Program-made: the position numbers and the translations under genes
Assembly (NCBI GenBank): GCA_965113315.1
Contig: OZ220368.1
Direction: 5' to 3' (one strand)
From: Podarcis vaucheri
Taxonomy: Eukaryota
Length of the DNA: 64,000 bases
Shown here: positions 23,302 through 36,644 of the stretch, piece by piece
Numbering within the stretch: position 1 is the first letter of the stretch
Layout of the letters: the number at the start of each line of letters is the position of its first letter
The notes under the pieces: model-generated
Database searches by the model: none
Told to the model about the DNA's origin: nothing
The model's input: only the letters and a program-made list of their open reading frames with translations

Positions 23302-24947
23302 GATGACTGATGGTTACGTTGTCTTTTACACAATGGAGATGACATGAAACACCCAGAAATTGCTAAATGGCATTGAAAACTATTATTATGCAGACAATAA
23401 GTATTTGCAGTTGTGTTGGTGGGCGGGTGATAAAGTACAGATATGTAAGGGCATTGCTGAGATACAGAAACCAAAATATTATTACCAGTTGTATATATCC
23501 CCTCCACACACTTCAAAGAGCTTAGGCAAGGAGACCAGCCTTTTCCTTGAAATTTAAGCAGTTTTAAACCAGTGTGCCAATTGTGGTTTCCTCCAAGAAT
23601 CCACCAAGAAAATAATTCTGTGATTTGTTTTGAAGGGTTGGGGGGTTTTTTTTTTGGGGGGGGGTGTAGGGCTGGGGGAATGAAGAAGGGAGACCAGAGA
23701 GACAAAGCATTTTTTAAATTGCTCTTTTTCAGTAGGGAATCCAATCCAAGTTCGATTTTAGCAATTCTTCGTCCCCTATTTTGAAGAAAGCCTGTTTTGA
23801 TCTTTTGAATGTTAATTGGCTTCTTCCTGATTCAAAATCATGAGTTTGTACTTAGCCTTGAATTGAAAGCAAAAAAAGGTCTTCATTTCAAAGACTCATA
23901 TACATATGTGCAAAAATAAATTTGATCTCTGCATTTATTAAAATTTAGATTCTCCCTTCTTATGGACTGGCACATTTTTTTAACCTGTTGTATTTCATGT
24001 TCTAAAGTTGTGCTATTGAGAGATATTTTTCTACCATTTGGAAGGCAAAAATGTGCTTCCCATACTCATCAGAAGCCATGTAACATTCTGATCATGCATA
24101 GGGCAACACATCAGGTACCTTCCTAGCCAACCATATCCAAAGTACACACTATACATTCTAGACATCTCTAGGGAACTTCTAAACCAGGTGTTCATTGGGC
24201 ATTCATGCTGATATGTTTGTATAGAGGTTCTACAAAGTTGCCGGGTAGTGGCTGTTACTCCATACTTTCTAGAACACTTGTCAGTTACTTTTCTTTTTCA
24301 GTGAGAAAAGTAACAGAGTAATTGCACTAGAAAGTGTGAGATAGCATATATATTTTTCTGATTGAGCAGCCTGTCTGGAAGCACCCCTAGTTGTGAACAT
24401 CCAGTTATTGCTCAGTCAGTTAGAAACAGAGAGTTCCAAGTAGCTGCTATCTTAGGAGGTCTTTCTGCTTACAAAAAAAACCCCCCAACAAACTGTTTTT
24501 AATGTGGTTAAGAAAATCAGCTCCTAGAGCAGTTTCCCCTGACTTCTATGTCATCCCCAGTGTATATTTAGCATGTCATTAATCAATACACTAAAGTTCT
24601 GTTTCGGCCTAGTCATAATTCAAGGATTGTGCTCAGGGATAATAAAAAATGTCTCCAGAAAGCCAAACATGTTCTGTCCTCAAGTTCATGTTCCCCCCCT
24701 CTCTGTTTTCTGTCTTACCAAACAGAAAACAAGCAAAAACTCACACAAATCAGCAGCGAAATACTTTCTTTCAAAATTGATTTATGATCACTTCCCTGGG
24801 ATCTTTGGATAAGGGGCGGGATATAAATCTAATAAATAAAATAAATAATAAAATATATTTGAAGCATTTGCACATTTCTCAGATCTGATAATTTTCATTC
24901 ATAGGATATATTTTGTTTTGTTTCTGCCTCTGTACTGGAGTCTGGTG

Positions 24948-24948
<1 letters not shown>

Positions 24949-24991
<43 letters not shown>
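24949..24991. repeat. (TA)n microsatellite
   Basis: Seen directly. Confidence 0.95.
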
Positions 24992-24994
<3 letters not shown>

Positions 24995-25154
24995 CATGAG
25001 TGAATCTTGACAAATTAAAATTTCATTCTACTACTACTACTAATAATAATAATAATCAGTGAGAGATGAGGGAAGACTGCAGTTTGAAGCCTAGAAGCCT
25101 GGTCTTTGCTGAGGGGGCAGTTCTTTGTTAGCCATTGCATAATCTGCCGAAATG

Positions 25155-25285
25155 GTCTTGACCAAGAGTCCGCTTCCATATGTCTCAGTCTCCCCATCTG
25201 TAAAATGAGCAATAAACAGTATTGACTTCCTCCTCCCCTGTGGAATGGCTGGTGAGATCGAACTAATCCTTGTGTGGAAGAAGAT
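25155..25285 (+). mobile_element. MIR/CORE-SINE remnant
   Basis: CTCAGTCTCCCCATCTGTAAAATGAG resembles the MIR core consensus. Confidence 0.6.
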
Positions 25286-25325
25286 CCATAGTGACTTTGT
25301 CACTCACCTTGCATGTTTCTTGAAG

Positions 25326-25530
25326 GCCTACTTCTGGAGAGAAAGTAGTTTGCTGAAGAATCTATGGGTCTCTAAGAAAAAGCAGTCTATGGGTTTTACT
25401 GGAGACCGGACACGGGGCATAGTGTCCCGACTGTTTCCTTACAGCAACTACAAACTGGAGATGGTTGTAGTCAACGGGAGAGGAGATGGGCCTCGAAGTG
25501 AAACTCTGGAGTTCACAATGCCTGAAGGAG
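25326..25530 (+). CDS. NFASC: Neurofascin alternative exon, FN3 second part with RGD (AYFWRESSLLKNLWV...VNGRGDGPRSETLEFTMPEG)
   Basis: tgaag| ... |gtaggt; 205 nt. The two FN3 exons total 321 nt and are frame-preserving as a pair. RGD at 25479-25487. Confidence 0.96.
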
Positions 25531-26545
25531 GTAGGTCTCTGCATAATATTGGCCCAGTTTGGCAGAATCCCATCCTTTTATGTGTGAAATAAGAAGGTAG
25601 AACAGAACACGGTCTTATTGAGAGCCTTAGAGCTCCTTAGGTTCTGTGTCATCGGTCCCGATAAAGACTTCAAAAAGGATTTTCCACTTGAAATGAATAG
25701 TTAGGCTGGCTTCAGCTGCCAGATTACTGTGTGCTCCTGCAGTGTGGAGCAAGGCAAAAGTCAACACAGTGAAGCCCTAAGGACTGAGGCTGTTCTGATT
25801 CATGGGGTTGTTTTTCACCAGCTTCAGACTCATAATACATAATAGATTATGATAGACAAATGAATGCACAAAGAAACTAACTGAAAATCGGTGAGTTAGG
25901 CAGAGCATGATGCACTGACTTTTGACACCAGGTTTTATTGCTAGCTCTACTGTTTGTCCTCTTAAGTATTCTCAGACAAGTCTCTCTTAGCTTTATTCTG
26001 TAAAATTGGAACAGTCGTGAGATCCATTGCCGCACGTGGCAGTATGATCTATGGAAGGGTTTTATGTTGCAATTACTACCTAACTCTACAAATTCCATCT
26101 GATTCTTAACATACTCAAGGATAGATTTTATGGTACAATTGAGAGTACTGCCTGTATTTGCTTTCACAGCTAGATCAATAGCTTTTCATCAGTTCTCATA
26201 ACTAGCAGTGAAAGCTTCTTTAATGTTTACAGTTGCCATCTCATATCACTCTAATGGACCATGCTTTGACTGATAAGCACCAGCGCCTTTATGATTCTAG
26301 AGATACTTAAAACCACAGAATTGCACACCAGACAGATATCTTTGTTCTTGAAGATTCTTCCAAGAATTCATTCCAGTTGTAATTTTTAGAAAATGAAATC
26401 CTGGGCTCCCCCCCCCCCCCCAGTTGTTGCTGGTTTTGGTAACCGGATTGAATGAAATCTGATTTCTGCCTTGCTAGTGAGCCAAATTGTGCATTTATAT
26501 GTATCACACAGAAGCTTGAACTGGGTCCACTGCTTGAGTGCACTT

Positions 26546-26881
26546 AAAAGGTAAAGGGACCCCTCACCATTAGGTCCAGTCGTGACCGACTCTGGGGTTG
26601 CGGCGCTCATCTCGCTTTATTGGCCAAGGGAGCCAGCGTACAGCTTCCGGGTCATGTGGCCAGCATGACTAAGCCACTTCTGGCGAACCAGAGCAGCGCA
26701 CGGAAACGCCATTTACCTTCCTATTTATCTACTTGCACTTTGGCATGCTTTCAAACTGCTAGGTTGGCAGGAGCAGGGACCGAGCAAGGGAGCTCACCCC
26801 GTCGCGGGGATTTAAACTGCCGACCTTTTGACTGGCAAGTCCTAGGCTCTGTGGTTTAACCCACAGCGCCACCCGTGTCCC
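26546..26881 (-). mobile_element. Sauria SINE
   Basis: GGTAAAGGGACCCCT...GGTCCAGTCGTGACCGACTCTGGGGTTGCGGCGCTCATCTC...CCCACAGCGCCACCCGTGTCCC; short internal deletion relative to the copy at 46464. Confidence 0.92.
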
Positions 26882-28005
26882 ATACTTACCTACTTGCTAA
26901 ATGCTCTTTTGCTATGCATAGAATTATACTGGTAAGCCCTGGAAGTTTCAGCATAAAACTCTGACCAGCTGCATATTGGAAAGGCATTTAAAAAATCCAT
27001 TCCATTTCATTGTGATGCAGGGAGGTGAGAGCCCTGCATCCATTGGGTCAGTCAGCAGTTCCACACATATGTGGATCTCATCCAGGCAGCAGGCAAAGGA
27101 GGATTAAAAACATCTGTAGGAAAAGACCAAACACCCACACAAAGAAACAGCTTCACAAATGATTGAGTTCCTAATGCATTTTGAGCAAATCTCCTTTATC
27201 AAGTAAATTTCCTTCCAAGCAGTCTTTTTAAGAAGCATGGACGGAAACTACCTTTATAAAAGCAATTTTCTTGACATCATTTGTGAAGCTGTCTTTTTTT
27301 ACTCTCTGACCCATATACCTGCCCGTAAAGGGCATGGCAGGAGAGGGTCTTTCTCCAGCAGCCTCTTCCTACATACTGCAATACCCTGCCTGCGAGCCCC
27401 CACTGCTCAACTCTCACATCAACATCAATAGGACTTAGATGGCCTTTGCTTTGGTTGCATGAAGCATCATGGATAAAATGTGGCTCCTGTTGCTCAAAGT
27501 TGAGTGTTGTGATTTGTGCTCAGATAAGCTTTGTGTGCTTTGAGCATAGGAAACAGAGCTGGTTATGGTGAGGGACTTTAGCTGTGATGAAAGCAAATGG
27601 GCCAAGAAGGCACCATCCCAAAGAGATAGAATGATGAAATACATATTAGGTTATCTGTACAGTTCCAGGCAAGAGTAAGAGCTGTAATTTTTTATTATAT
27701 GAAAACTGCATCTGGCAATAGACAAGCTCAAAGGAGTGGCTTAGCCCACAGAAGGAAGCACAACACGTGCACCAACAACTAAATTTGTACAACTATGAAA
27801 CAGTAGGATAGGTTCCTGTTAATGGATATGCAGGCATGATTGTGTTGCACTGAAACCATCTTGTACAGTCCTACCAAGTTCTCCATGCCACCAGACTCAA
27901 ACTTTTCTATATGCATACTCTTGACCAGTCTGCCTTCTAAGTTACCTTACCTTATACGCCTTTTTCCTCTTCCCTTTTCTCTCTTGGACCCATCTTTCCC
28001 TGAAG

Positions 28006-28128
28006 CACCCAGTCCCCCAAGGTATTTCCGAATCCGCCAACCAAACCTGGAAACCATCACTATGGAATGGGAACACCCTGAACACCCCAATGGCATTCTT
28101 ATTGGATACACCCTTAGATACCAAGCCT
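28006..28128 (+). CDS. NFASC: Neurofascin exon, FN4 first part ([40 protein letters not shown])
   Basis: tgaag| ... |gtatgt; 123 nt. Confidence 0.96.
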
Positions 28129-28856
28129 GTATGTCCCGTGCTTCTTTTTGTTTGTTGTCTCTTTATTAACCAGGATTTAGAATCTAATTTATCTGGAATT
28201 AGAAAAAACAATACTAATAAATCAGTGGAGGGGAAATCAGGAATTCAGGATTTAGAATTTCTTTGGGAGCTGAATTGCATATCTTAGTGCAGGAAGATTT
28301 CATAGGAATCACTAACAGGCTAATTTCCAGACACATGTGACAAATTTTCTTACTAATCATTTTGATTCTTTAGTTAAATGTTATTTACATAAGAAGATAT
28401 TTCCAAGAATATGGCCAGTGGCACTTGAAAATGTACCTCCTTCCCACCCCTTGATAGAATTTGAACAAGCATGCATCTAACTTCCTAAAATCTCCTGCCT
28501 CTAACTGTTGGAAAATGCATGAACAATGTAATTTTTGCTCAAATAATTAGTGCAAAAGCTCTCCACCGTAACAAATCCCTGACTTGAAAGCCCCTGCAAA
28601 ACTAACATGGTGTATTATCTTTGGCCTACATGGGAGCTAAAAGTTTAATTAGCTTAATTAAAGTTCTTCCTTCTTGAATGCATAACATTCCCCAGCCGTT
28701 TTTTGCTTAAAAGTCCTCTAAAATGAACATGCCCCATTTTAAACAAAGCCAGTGCTTTTGTCAGGTGTAATCCTAGACTGAGAAGTGGTGAGATGCATAG
28801 CATAGCATGTTTCTCAAAACAAGACTGAAGCCTACACAGCCTGCCTCTCTCTCCAG

Positions 28857-29030
28857 TTAATGGATCCAAAAGTGGCAGAACAGTGGTGGAAAACTTCTCT
28901 CCTAATCAGACAAAGTTTATACTCCAGAGGACGGACCCCATATCACGCTATAGATTCAACCTGCGTGGCAGGACACAGATTGGGGAAGGTGAGCCTGCCA
29001 CGGGGGAGTCACCACTTCCACTGAATGAAG
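28857..29030 (+). CDS. NFASC: Neurofascin exon, FN4 second part ([21 protein letters not shown]...[16 protein letters not shown])
   Basis: ctccag| ... |gtaagt; 174 nt. Confidence 0.96.
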
Positions 29031-30513
29031 GTAAGTGAGAACATGATGCCAGTGTAACTGGGGTGAGAGAGGTGTGCCCTGCCAAGCTGGGCATAGGAGC
29101 CGCATTCAAGAGTATTTCAGAATCCACACACGCCTATATAAAAACCAGCCTTTGACGTGTGAGGTCTTGGCCTACTGTAAATTGAGCAAGAATCATTTGC
29201 AGCCTCTTAAATATGCCCCCTCCCCGTCCCACAAAAGTAGCTCTCTTAATCATTATGTCCCATTGCCATATAAAATCCTTATCAAAACTACTTGTGAAGT
29301 TCCATGTAGCTCTATGTGGGAGTTCTAAATTGTGCGATTAACATTGTGTGGAGTAGGAGAGCACCCATTGGCTCCACTCCAGCTGTTGCTTCCCCTGCCA
29401 GTCCTGACCACACGTCAGGGGAAGATCTGAGAAATGTAAGCTTTCCACTGGATTCAGAAGACATCACCACATGACATTAGTCACATGATTTAGAATGTCC
29501 ACACAACAGCTTTTGGAGTGACATTGGTGCTGGGGGTGACAGGAAGTACAACCACCTGGAGTTTTTAACAATCAAGTCGAGTATAAATTTTATGAAATAA
29601 ATAAGTACAAGTGCCTCATGCTGCCTGTCCTTTGCATCTCTGCCTCATGTGAAAATTTTCAAGTCTTCATTTCTTTCCCCAGTCCCTAGCCTGTCCCTGT
29701 ACTGTAGGCATACTCTCTTTTTTCAAAAGGTGCAAGATAACATTGATAAAAGATTCCACGTCATTTCCCGCTGCTTCTCCTTTGTGAAATGATTTACCAT
29801 AAATTATTTCTCCTGCTATGTGAGAATACAGATTTCCCTACTATAAAAGACGTTTTAAAAGGATTGTGTGTTTCAAAGGAACAGCTGATAACAGAAATTG
29901 CAAAGCAGCTTTTATGCAAAACCTCTCAATTTTATTCTATAGTCAGCTTTCCTTTAAGCTTCTATTAAGTATTTTTTTCAGTGCAAATACTGGAAGAATG
30001 AGCTTTTAATAACCTTTGTTGTTCATCAAATGTATTCAAATGATTTGAATGTGTTTCCTTTTTACCCCAGCTACATTTTTAAATAGCAGTGCTGTCCTAT
30101 GTATTAACGTTTCCATTGTGTTTTATTGGGGTTAAATTCAGTATTTATATTCAAGAATGATGGATTTAGCTGTATTATTTTTAAATAATGAGTGCGCTGC
30201 AGAAAAGCAGTTCAGGGGTATCATATATATCCTGCATTGTTTTTCAAAATAGTTAGTTGCATCATTTGGGTCTAAAAGATATCTTTATCCAGCAGGTTGT
30301 TTGAAGGTATCAATGGCTAAGCATCACTCTTGGCATACAGTTGCTAATTTTAGACAGGGTGGACTGATTTAAACCAAGGCGATTCAAATTATTTAAATAA
30401 GCAAGGAAAAGGCTGTCATTGAATCAAGTTTCCCATTTATATTTCGTCTCATATTTCCTAAAGTGTGATGCAGATCTGACCAGTAGACCATGTTCATTTA
30501 CAACTAGTTAAAG

Positions 30514-30648
30514 CAGGAATAGGGGAAATGTAGCCCTCTGGATGTTAGACTCCAGCTCCCATCATCCCTGACCATTGGCCATACTAGCTGGGGCTGATGG
30601 GAACTGGAGTCCAACAATGTTTGGAGAACAACAACTTCCCTATTTCTG
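30514..30648. mobile_element. Palindromic hAT-type MITE, older copy
   Basis: CAGGAATAGGGGAA ... TTCCCTATTTCTG TIRs; family core CTCCCATCATCCCTGACCATTGG. Confidence 0.7.
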
Positions 30649-32416
30649 AAACAGAGCATTAATTATACTATTGTTTCAGTTTTGCAACCAGGCCTTGCCT
30701 CCCATAATCAAACAATATGCATTTTGCATGTTTTTCTTTTCTTTTACCAATAGAAAGAATATCTTTAAAATATTTCCGTATAGATTCTTTCTGAAACTAT
30801 GCAGATGACAGTTTGCAAGGTTAACAGCACAATTCTGCATGTTTACTTAGAAGCAATTAGCCTTGACTTCAAAGGGCTTTCTTCAAGTAAATGTGTTTAT
30901 GGCTGTATCCTAAGGATAGAAATGTAGGAACCTTCACACCCGTACAATGTGGACTTCAGTTTTTCTTTCCAGTATTGCTCCTTTCTGCTTCACTTGCCCA
31001 GCCGCACCCTCACTGGGCGGTGGGAGGGGGGAGTAGCAAACAAAAATGAAGTGCTTATGGCTGGTAGATCAAAGCAGGACTCATTGTTATTGGGCAGACT
31101 AAAGTAGTTTATTTTCATCTAGTGAAGATAAAGTGCCTATGTTTGGTAGGTGGAGTGTAAATCTTCATTAGTGAGAAACGATCAGCTTGGTTTTTCATTT
31201 ACATATAAAAGCCATCTTTATCGGGTAGAAGACATGTGGTTAGAGATTGACTGTAGAGTTAACACACCACTGTAACTATGAGTTTGCAAAAAAGAGAGAG
31301 AGAGAACCTCAATAGGCTCCTTGGGTTTGGCAAAGGAGATGTACAGTAGTTCTTCCACCATTGGCCATCCCACTCACTTGCCTGCATGGAATTCCTTGTT
31401 GCCTAGAGCAACCAGGCTAGTTGATAAATTCAAGGGTGGACAAGCATGCCTGTAGCCTCATTACTTAATGTCAAACTAGATGATTATGAGAAACTTAGTA
31501 TTTATAATTTATTTTTCATCTAAATACCTGTGTGTATGGAGTGGTATACCAATTTAATAAATAATAAATTAAGTTTTTAGATTTTAAAATTAATCATCAT
31601 TTTTTTAACACTTTCAAGTTTTTAGGCAATAATAGTAATTCATTCTCTCTGTCTACATCTCTCTCACTCACTTTCTGATTCTCAAATATATGTTTGTGAC
31701 ATGATTTTATCCAATATTAACAGGTTTCAAAGTTGACTAACATGCCAGTAACTGTTTGTGTTTGGCACTGCTGGGTCTTTTGCAAAGTAGATTGCTTTAC
31801 TTGAGGTTTATTTTTACCTTTCAATGTACTTATTTGTAATAGATTGCCATTCTTTCAATGCAATAAGAGCTAGACTGTAAATCAGGAAAACAATTGCTTG
31901 ATAGGCAATCATTTTCACCACCACCACCTTGCTTGCCATAATAATTTCAGATTTTAAGCAGCTCTCAAGTTTTTATTTTACTGACATTAGCTTCCAGCTT
32001 CTTGTATGTTGTGTTGATTGGCTCACTATGTATCTGCCCACTCACAGGTCCATTAAGTATAATTTTCTCCCTTTTTTGAAACTTGACATGTTTTTCAGGT
32101 TAGGGTATACCAGATTTGCACTAAACAAGTAGAGAAGAACTGGCTTTTGGGCAAGCAGGCTGTACTGATGCAAGCTTAAAACAACAACTCAAGAGGGCAA
32201 AGGGTTTGAACAGAAGCCCATGACTCCAACACCACCAACACTCCACATTAGGTGTCTCCTAGCTTCCAGCCAGGTTCCAGACTAACCCCACTCCCAAACT
32301 AGGTTCCTTGCCACTAAAAGCCCCTTGCAGGTTTTATCTCCTTCCTGGCCTTTTCGAGCCTTTTAGGAAACACCCAGGCCACTTGGGGTCAGTAGGCACA
32401 CCCCTGGCACCATGGC

Positions 32417-32648
32417 AGAGCGGTGGACTCGTAATCTGGGGAACCGGGTTCGCGTCTCCGCTCCTCCACATGCAGCTGCTGGGTGACCCTGGGCCAGTCA
32501 CACTTCTGTGAAGTCTCTCAGCCCCACTCACCTCACAGAGTGTTTGTTGTGGGGGAGGAAGGGAAAGGAGAATGTGAGCCGCTTTGAGACTCCTGAAGGG
32601 GAGTGAAAGGCGGGATATCAAATCCAAACTCTTCTTCTTCTTCTTCTT
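32417..32648 (+). mobile_element. Squam3-type tRNA-derived SINE with (CTT)n tail, 5'-truncated
   Basis: AGAGCGGTGGACTCGTAATCTGG..AACCGGGTTCG..CTCCTCCACATGCAGCTGCTGGGTGACC...GCGGGATATCAAATCCAAACTCTTCTTC. Confidence 0.85.
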
Positions 32649-35600
32649 TGCTTACTCCCTTTTCCTTGGCAGTTTCACAGCAGTAGAATAGAATTATTTC
32701 CAGTGGTCTCTGGTTGGAAGATCACCTTTTCTTTTACTAGAACCCATATGAAAACAACCTTACATGATAATGCAGTACTTTGGTATAGCAGTCGCCATTT
32801 TCATCCCAGAAGTCTCGTGGGAATGACACTTTGTCATCACCTACTGTCGTTCCCAGATAGATTCTGGCAGAAGAAAATGGCTGCCAGCAGCCTGCTGGGA
32901 AGAGCTTTGTTTGCTACCTCGGGTAAGTCCCTTATTTTTCTGCCCTTCATGACCCTCTGTCCAGAAGACACCACCTCTCCTGTTGCACTGCTTACAAAAT
33001 AAATGCGGTGAGGGGGCCATTCTGTTCAACCAATGATGCTGCTTGATCAAAATACCCATCCATTCTGAGAGAAGCAAAAAGAGAGAGTTTTTTTATTAAG
33101 GCTAGCAAAAGTTCTTAGGGGTATTGGACAAGGCTGCCAGTTGTTGACTTCAATAAGGGCTTGGCAATAAAATTCATTGAGTGACTTTGGGCAGATTCTG
33201 ACAGGGCTGTGGATACAACAGTTGCTCTGCCATGCAGTCTGTTCCCCGCCTCCCCAGGACAGAACTGCACTGCCCAGAAGACAAGTATTTTTGCAATGAG
33301 ATATTAGAGTACAATTAAGACTGTGATGTAGAAGTTTTTAGAGGATAATCTACAATATGTTCTACAATTATTTCTTTTCATTTATGCTAAGGAAATGGTA
33401 CTTTCTAGGGAAAAGTTTTCCTACATGGTAATAGTCTTTACGGTTGTATATGCCAGGGAATGAAGACCAACAAAATCTCCCAACAGTTGGAGAGTTATGG
33501 GAATGTGCTTTGCTACAAAATTAAGCAGTTATGTGCATTTGAAAGAAAGAAGACAGAATGTGAATACTTTTAATAGAAATTGTATATCCTTTGTTAGCTT
33601 TCGTAATAATAATAATTCATTCTTCTGTAAGGCGATCAGCTTGCACAACGTAAGAACTTCTCTGCAACTTGATATAGTATTAATTAGGCTTAAATACTTC
33701 TTATTGATAGAGAAACGTATAAAACAGAGGCATCCAATAGCCTCCTGAAAACTGCAAGAAATGAGCTAGAGACGCACAGCCTTTCCCATCACTGCTGTAA
33801 TCAACAAACGACCCTCCATAGGAAAATGCCACAACTAGCAGACTTGTAATAGGATAAAATACTCTTTGTGAAATATCCGTCAAGCTAAGTGAAAGTTCAG
33901 TAGCCCTCTGGGAAGTGAGTGCAAAACAAAGCTGACTCTTAACATTCTGTAACGTTTCCAGAAAGACCCCCAAATTCAGCTCAGTCTCTCACATTATTTA
34001 ATGAGCCCTTGCTTTTTATCTCCTGAATGGCAATATGTGGGAAAAGTATTTCCCTGAATGCACATTTTAAAAATGAATCGCTTCCCATATTTCTATAAGT
34101 GGGCAGGTTCCGGGTATGTTATATATAGCACTTGCTGATAATGTTATCAGATATTTCTTCCCATACTGTATTAAGGGGTGGAGGAGGGGATAATGTTCTG
34201 GTTGACAATAGCTAGTGAATGCACTGCAACCTTTGAACTCCGAAGGTGCTTCCTGCACTAAATTTGGATTTTTCTTAGAATTTGCAAAACTGCTTTGAGG
34301 AAGAGTGGAGAATTTAAATAATGGTTCAGAATCTTATTTCTAGACACATTTTTCCTGGATTTGTTGTATAGCAGCTATGCATTTGTTATGTTGCTGGTAA
34401 TTTGAATTAGCCCAAGAGCAATCACAGCAGTCTAAAAAGGCTTTCTTGTAACAATTTCTGTAGAAGAAATCTGGGGAGCGGTGAATTAGAATTTTTTCCT
34501 TCTGATTTGCAACAAACCATGGTTTGTCATTTCAACAGAATGTGGCAAACTGTTGCATGCAAACCGTTGTTTACAATCAAATTGGGATACCAAACCACAG
34601 CTAGATTCTCATTTGAGATCCTAGTTTTATTGTAAATTATGGTTTCCATAAACCATAGCTTGCCACATTTAGATGAAATGAATACGTATGGTTTAGCACA
34701 AATTTGAAGTAAAAGCTTCAAATCTGCTCCCCTTGTGTTCAGTGGAGAAAGGAAGGGGAAGGAGGAACAAGCAAGCCTACTTGGCTAATTCTCATAATGA
34801 CAAACCATGAATTACTGTTATGTCTGAATTGAGGCAATTACTCTATTGCTGATGCTGTTTGCATCACAGTAATCGAGTCCAGTGTCTCCCAGGCTTTTGC
34901 TTTAAAACAACAACTACACACACACATACTCATATAAAATAACGATATTCTGAAAAGGTCTGATATACTCAAAACTACTCTTTCTTTCTCCCAAACCTTT
35001 GCTTATCTTTCCAAGATACCCAGGTATACTTGCTTTGCCAAAGAGAGTCAGAGCTCTGTAGGCCCTGGAACTTACTGAACAGTTTGAACAACAGAGGTGG
35101 TGAACTGTGGCTTTATGCTTAAAAAAGAAAAAGAAAAACACCCTCCTGGTAGCATTCTAGTAGCCAAGGTCCTCTTTCATTTGCATGCTGAACTCTACCC
35201 ATAGCTGTCATGTGTTAAAGTGACAGTGTGCAGACTGCCACCAGATGCAGAAGATTCTTCATACTGTGATTATTGTTGTTTTGTGAGTATTCAAAGCAGT
35301 GCGCAAAACCCAAAACTACATTGACTTCTGCATGTGGTGTTGGTAATGCAAGACTGCCTCAGTGTATGTGGCAACACAACTGGAATTCAGCAAAGATTTC
35401 ATAAATACTGTAGTGATCTTGTGGGTCAAGGGAATTGTCCCTCAGTGGAATCTCATGAGTGAGGTTTTGCAGGATCTTCAAATAATAGCGGAGATGTATA
35501 CCACTCAAATTATTAATGAATGTTGAGCAGTCTCCGTAGGCAGAACGTTTAGGCCCATCAGACACTCCGCAATACGCAGCTAAGTATTTGGAATTGCACA

Positions 35601-36185
35601 AAAGCATGTTGCCTAGAGGGAGCCTTGCCAATTTTCTTTTCTCCTACCGATGCAGGGGAGGCATTTATAAATGGAAATAAAGGTCCAAGCCACAGCTTCC
35701 ATTTCTCACAGACGTTATTTGAGCCAGGGGATGCGAATGAAATACAGTATTCCTGTGGTTATTTGCATTGCCTATTGTCTCATCCATCATAAGTGTCTAA
35801 GAATCGATAATGAGCTTGCAGCCAAGTTGCAGTAGAATAGAATTTGTCCTGACATTTAGGGGACTCAAATGGAAGCTGACAGGATGCGAAAGACCCATTT
35901 TGTTGAATTTAAAACCACAAACTGCGGAACAAGAAATGAAGATACAGTGAAGGAAAGCAAATCAGCTGTGTCTCCCTGCATTGGTTTGGATTGTCATTTA
36001 TGGTAAAGATTGGCTGGGGGTAGCCATGGGATATGGAGGACTAACACACCTTCTCTTTATTACAGCCTCAGCCTGCCATGTTTATGTACCATGTTTGTGC
36101 TGTGGTTTTATATATTCCTGTGTTCTCTCTTTCCCTTCTTTCCTCATGTTCCCCTTCCCTGTGTTTGGCGCTGCACACTCTGAAG

Positions 36186-36200
36186 TTCTTCCAACCTCAG
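36186..36200 (+). CDS. NFASC: Neurofascin 15-nt microexon (VLPTS), equivalent to mammalian ATPTA
   Basis: tgaag|TTCTTCCAACCTCAG|gtactg; symmetric phase 1; long pyrimidine tract upstream; expected position between FN4 and PAT. Confidence 0.8.
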
Positions 36201-36408
36201 GTACTGTACCAAGCTGGCAGACTACACAGGCATGATGGGGCAGTGTGAGCTGAAGGCTTGTCTCTTGGGAGCGCTGGCATTATATAAGCATGCACCAGGT
36301 TAACCCTTTCAGTGGGGGAGAGAATGTATAGACAGATGCATTGGCAGATAGCCTACTCTTTCTGATGTAGGGAATGGGTCCATTGAAAGGGTTGACCATA
36401 ATGTTTGA

Positions 36409-36443
36409 GCTGCTATTGCTGCTGCTGCTGCTGCTGCTGCTGC
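36409..36443 (+). repeat. (CTG)n trinucleotide repeat
   Basis: Seen directly, about 210 nt downstream of the microexon. Confidence 0.9.
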
Positions 36444-36644
36444 GCATGTATGCATGATAGGCTTCTGCATTTTTTGTTGCTGTTGCTACCACTTAACAAC
36501 ACTGAGATACAGAGAAGTTGCATGTGTTTATGCGCAAAGGGGAGAACTGAAGGCTGTCTGTGAATGAAAGATTCCATCTTCTGCATACATGCAGGCCAGA
36601 GGCCCCATCCTCTGCTTGCCCCATTCCCTCAAGCTACATGTGTT

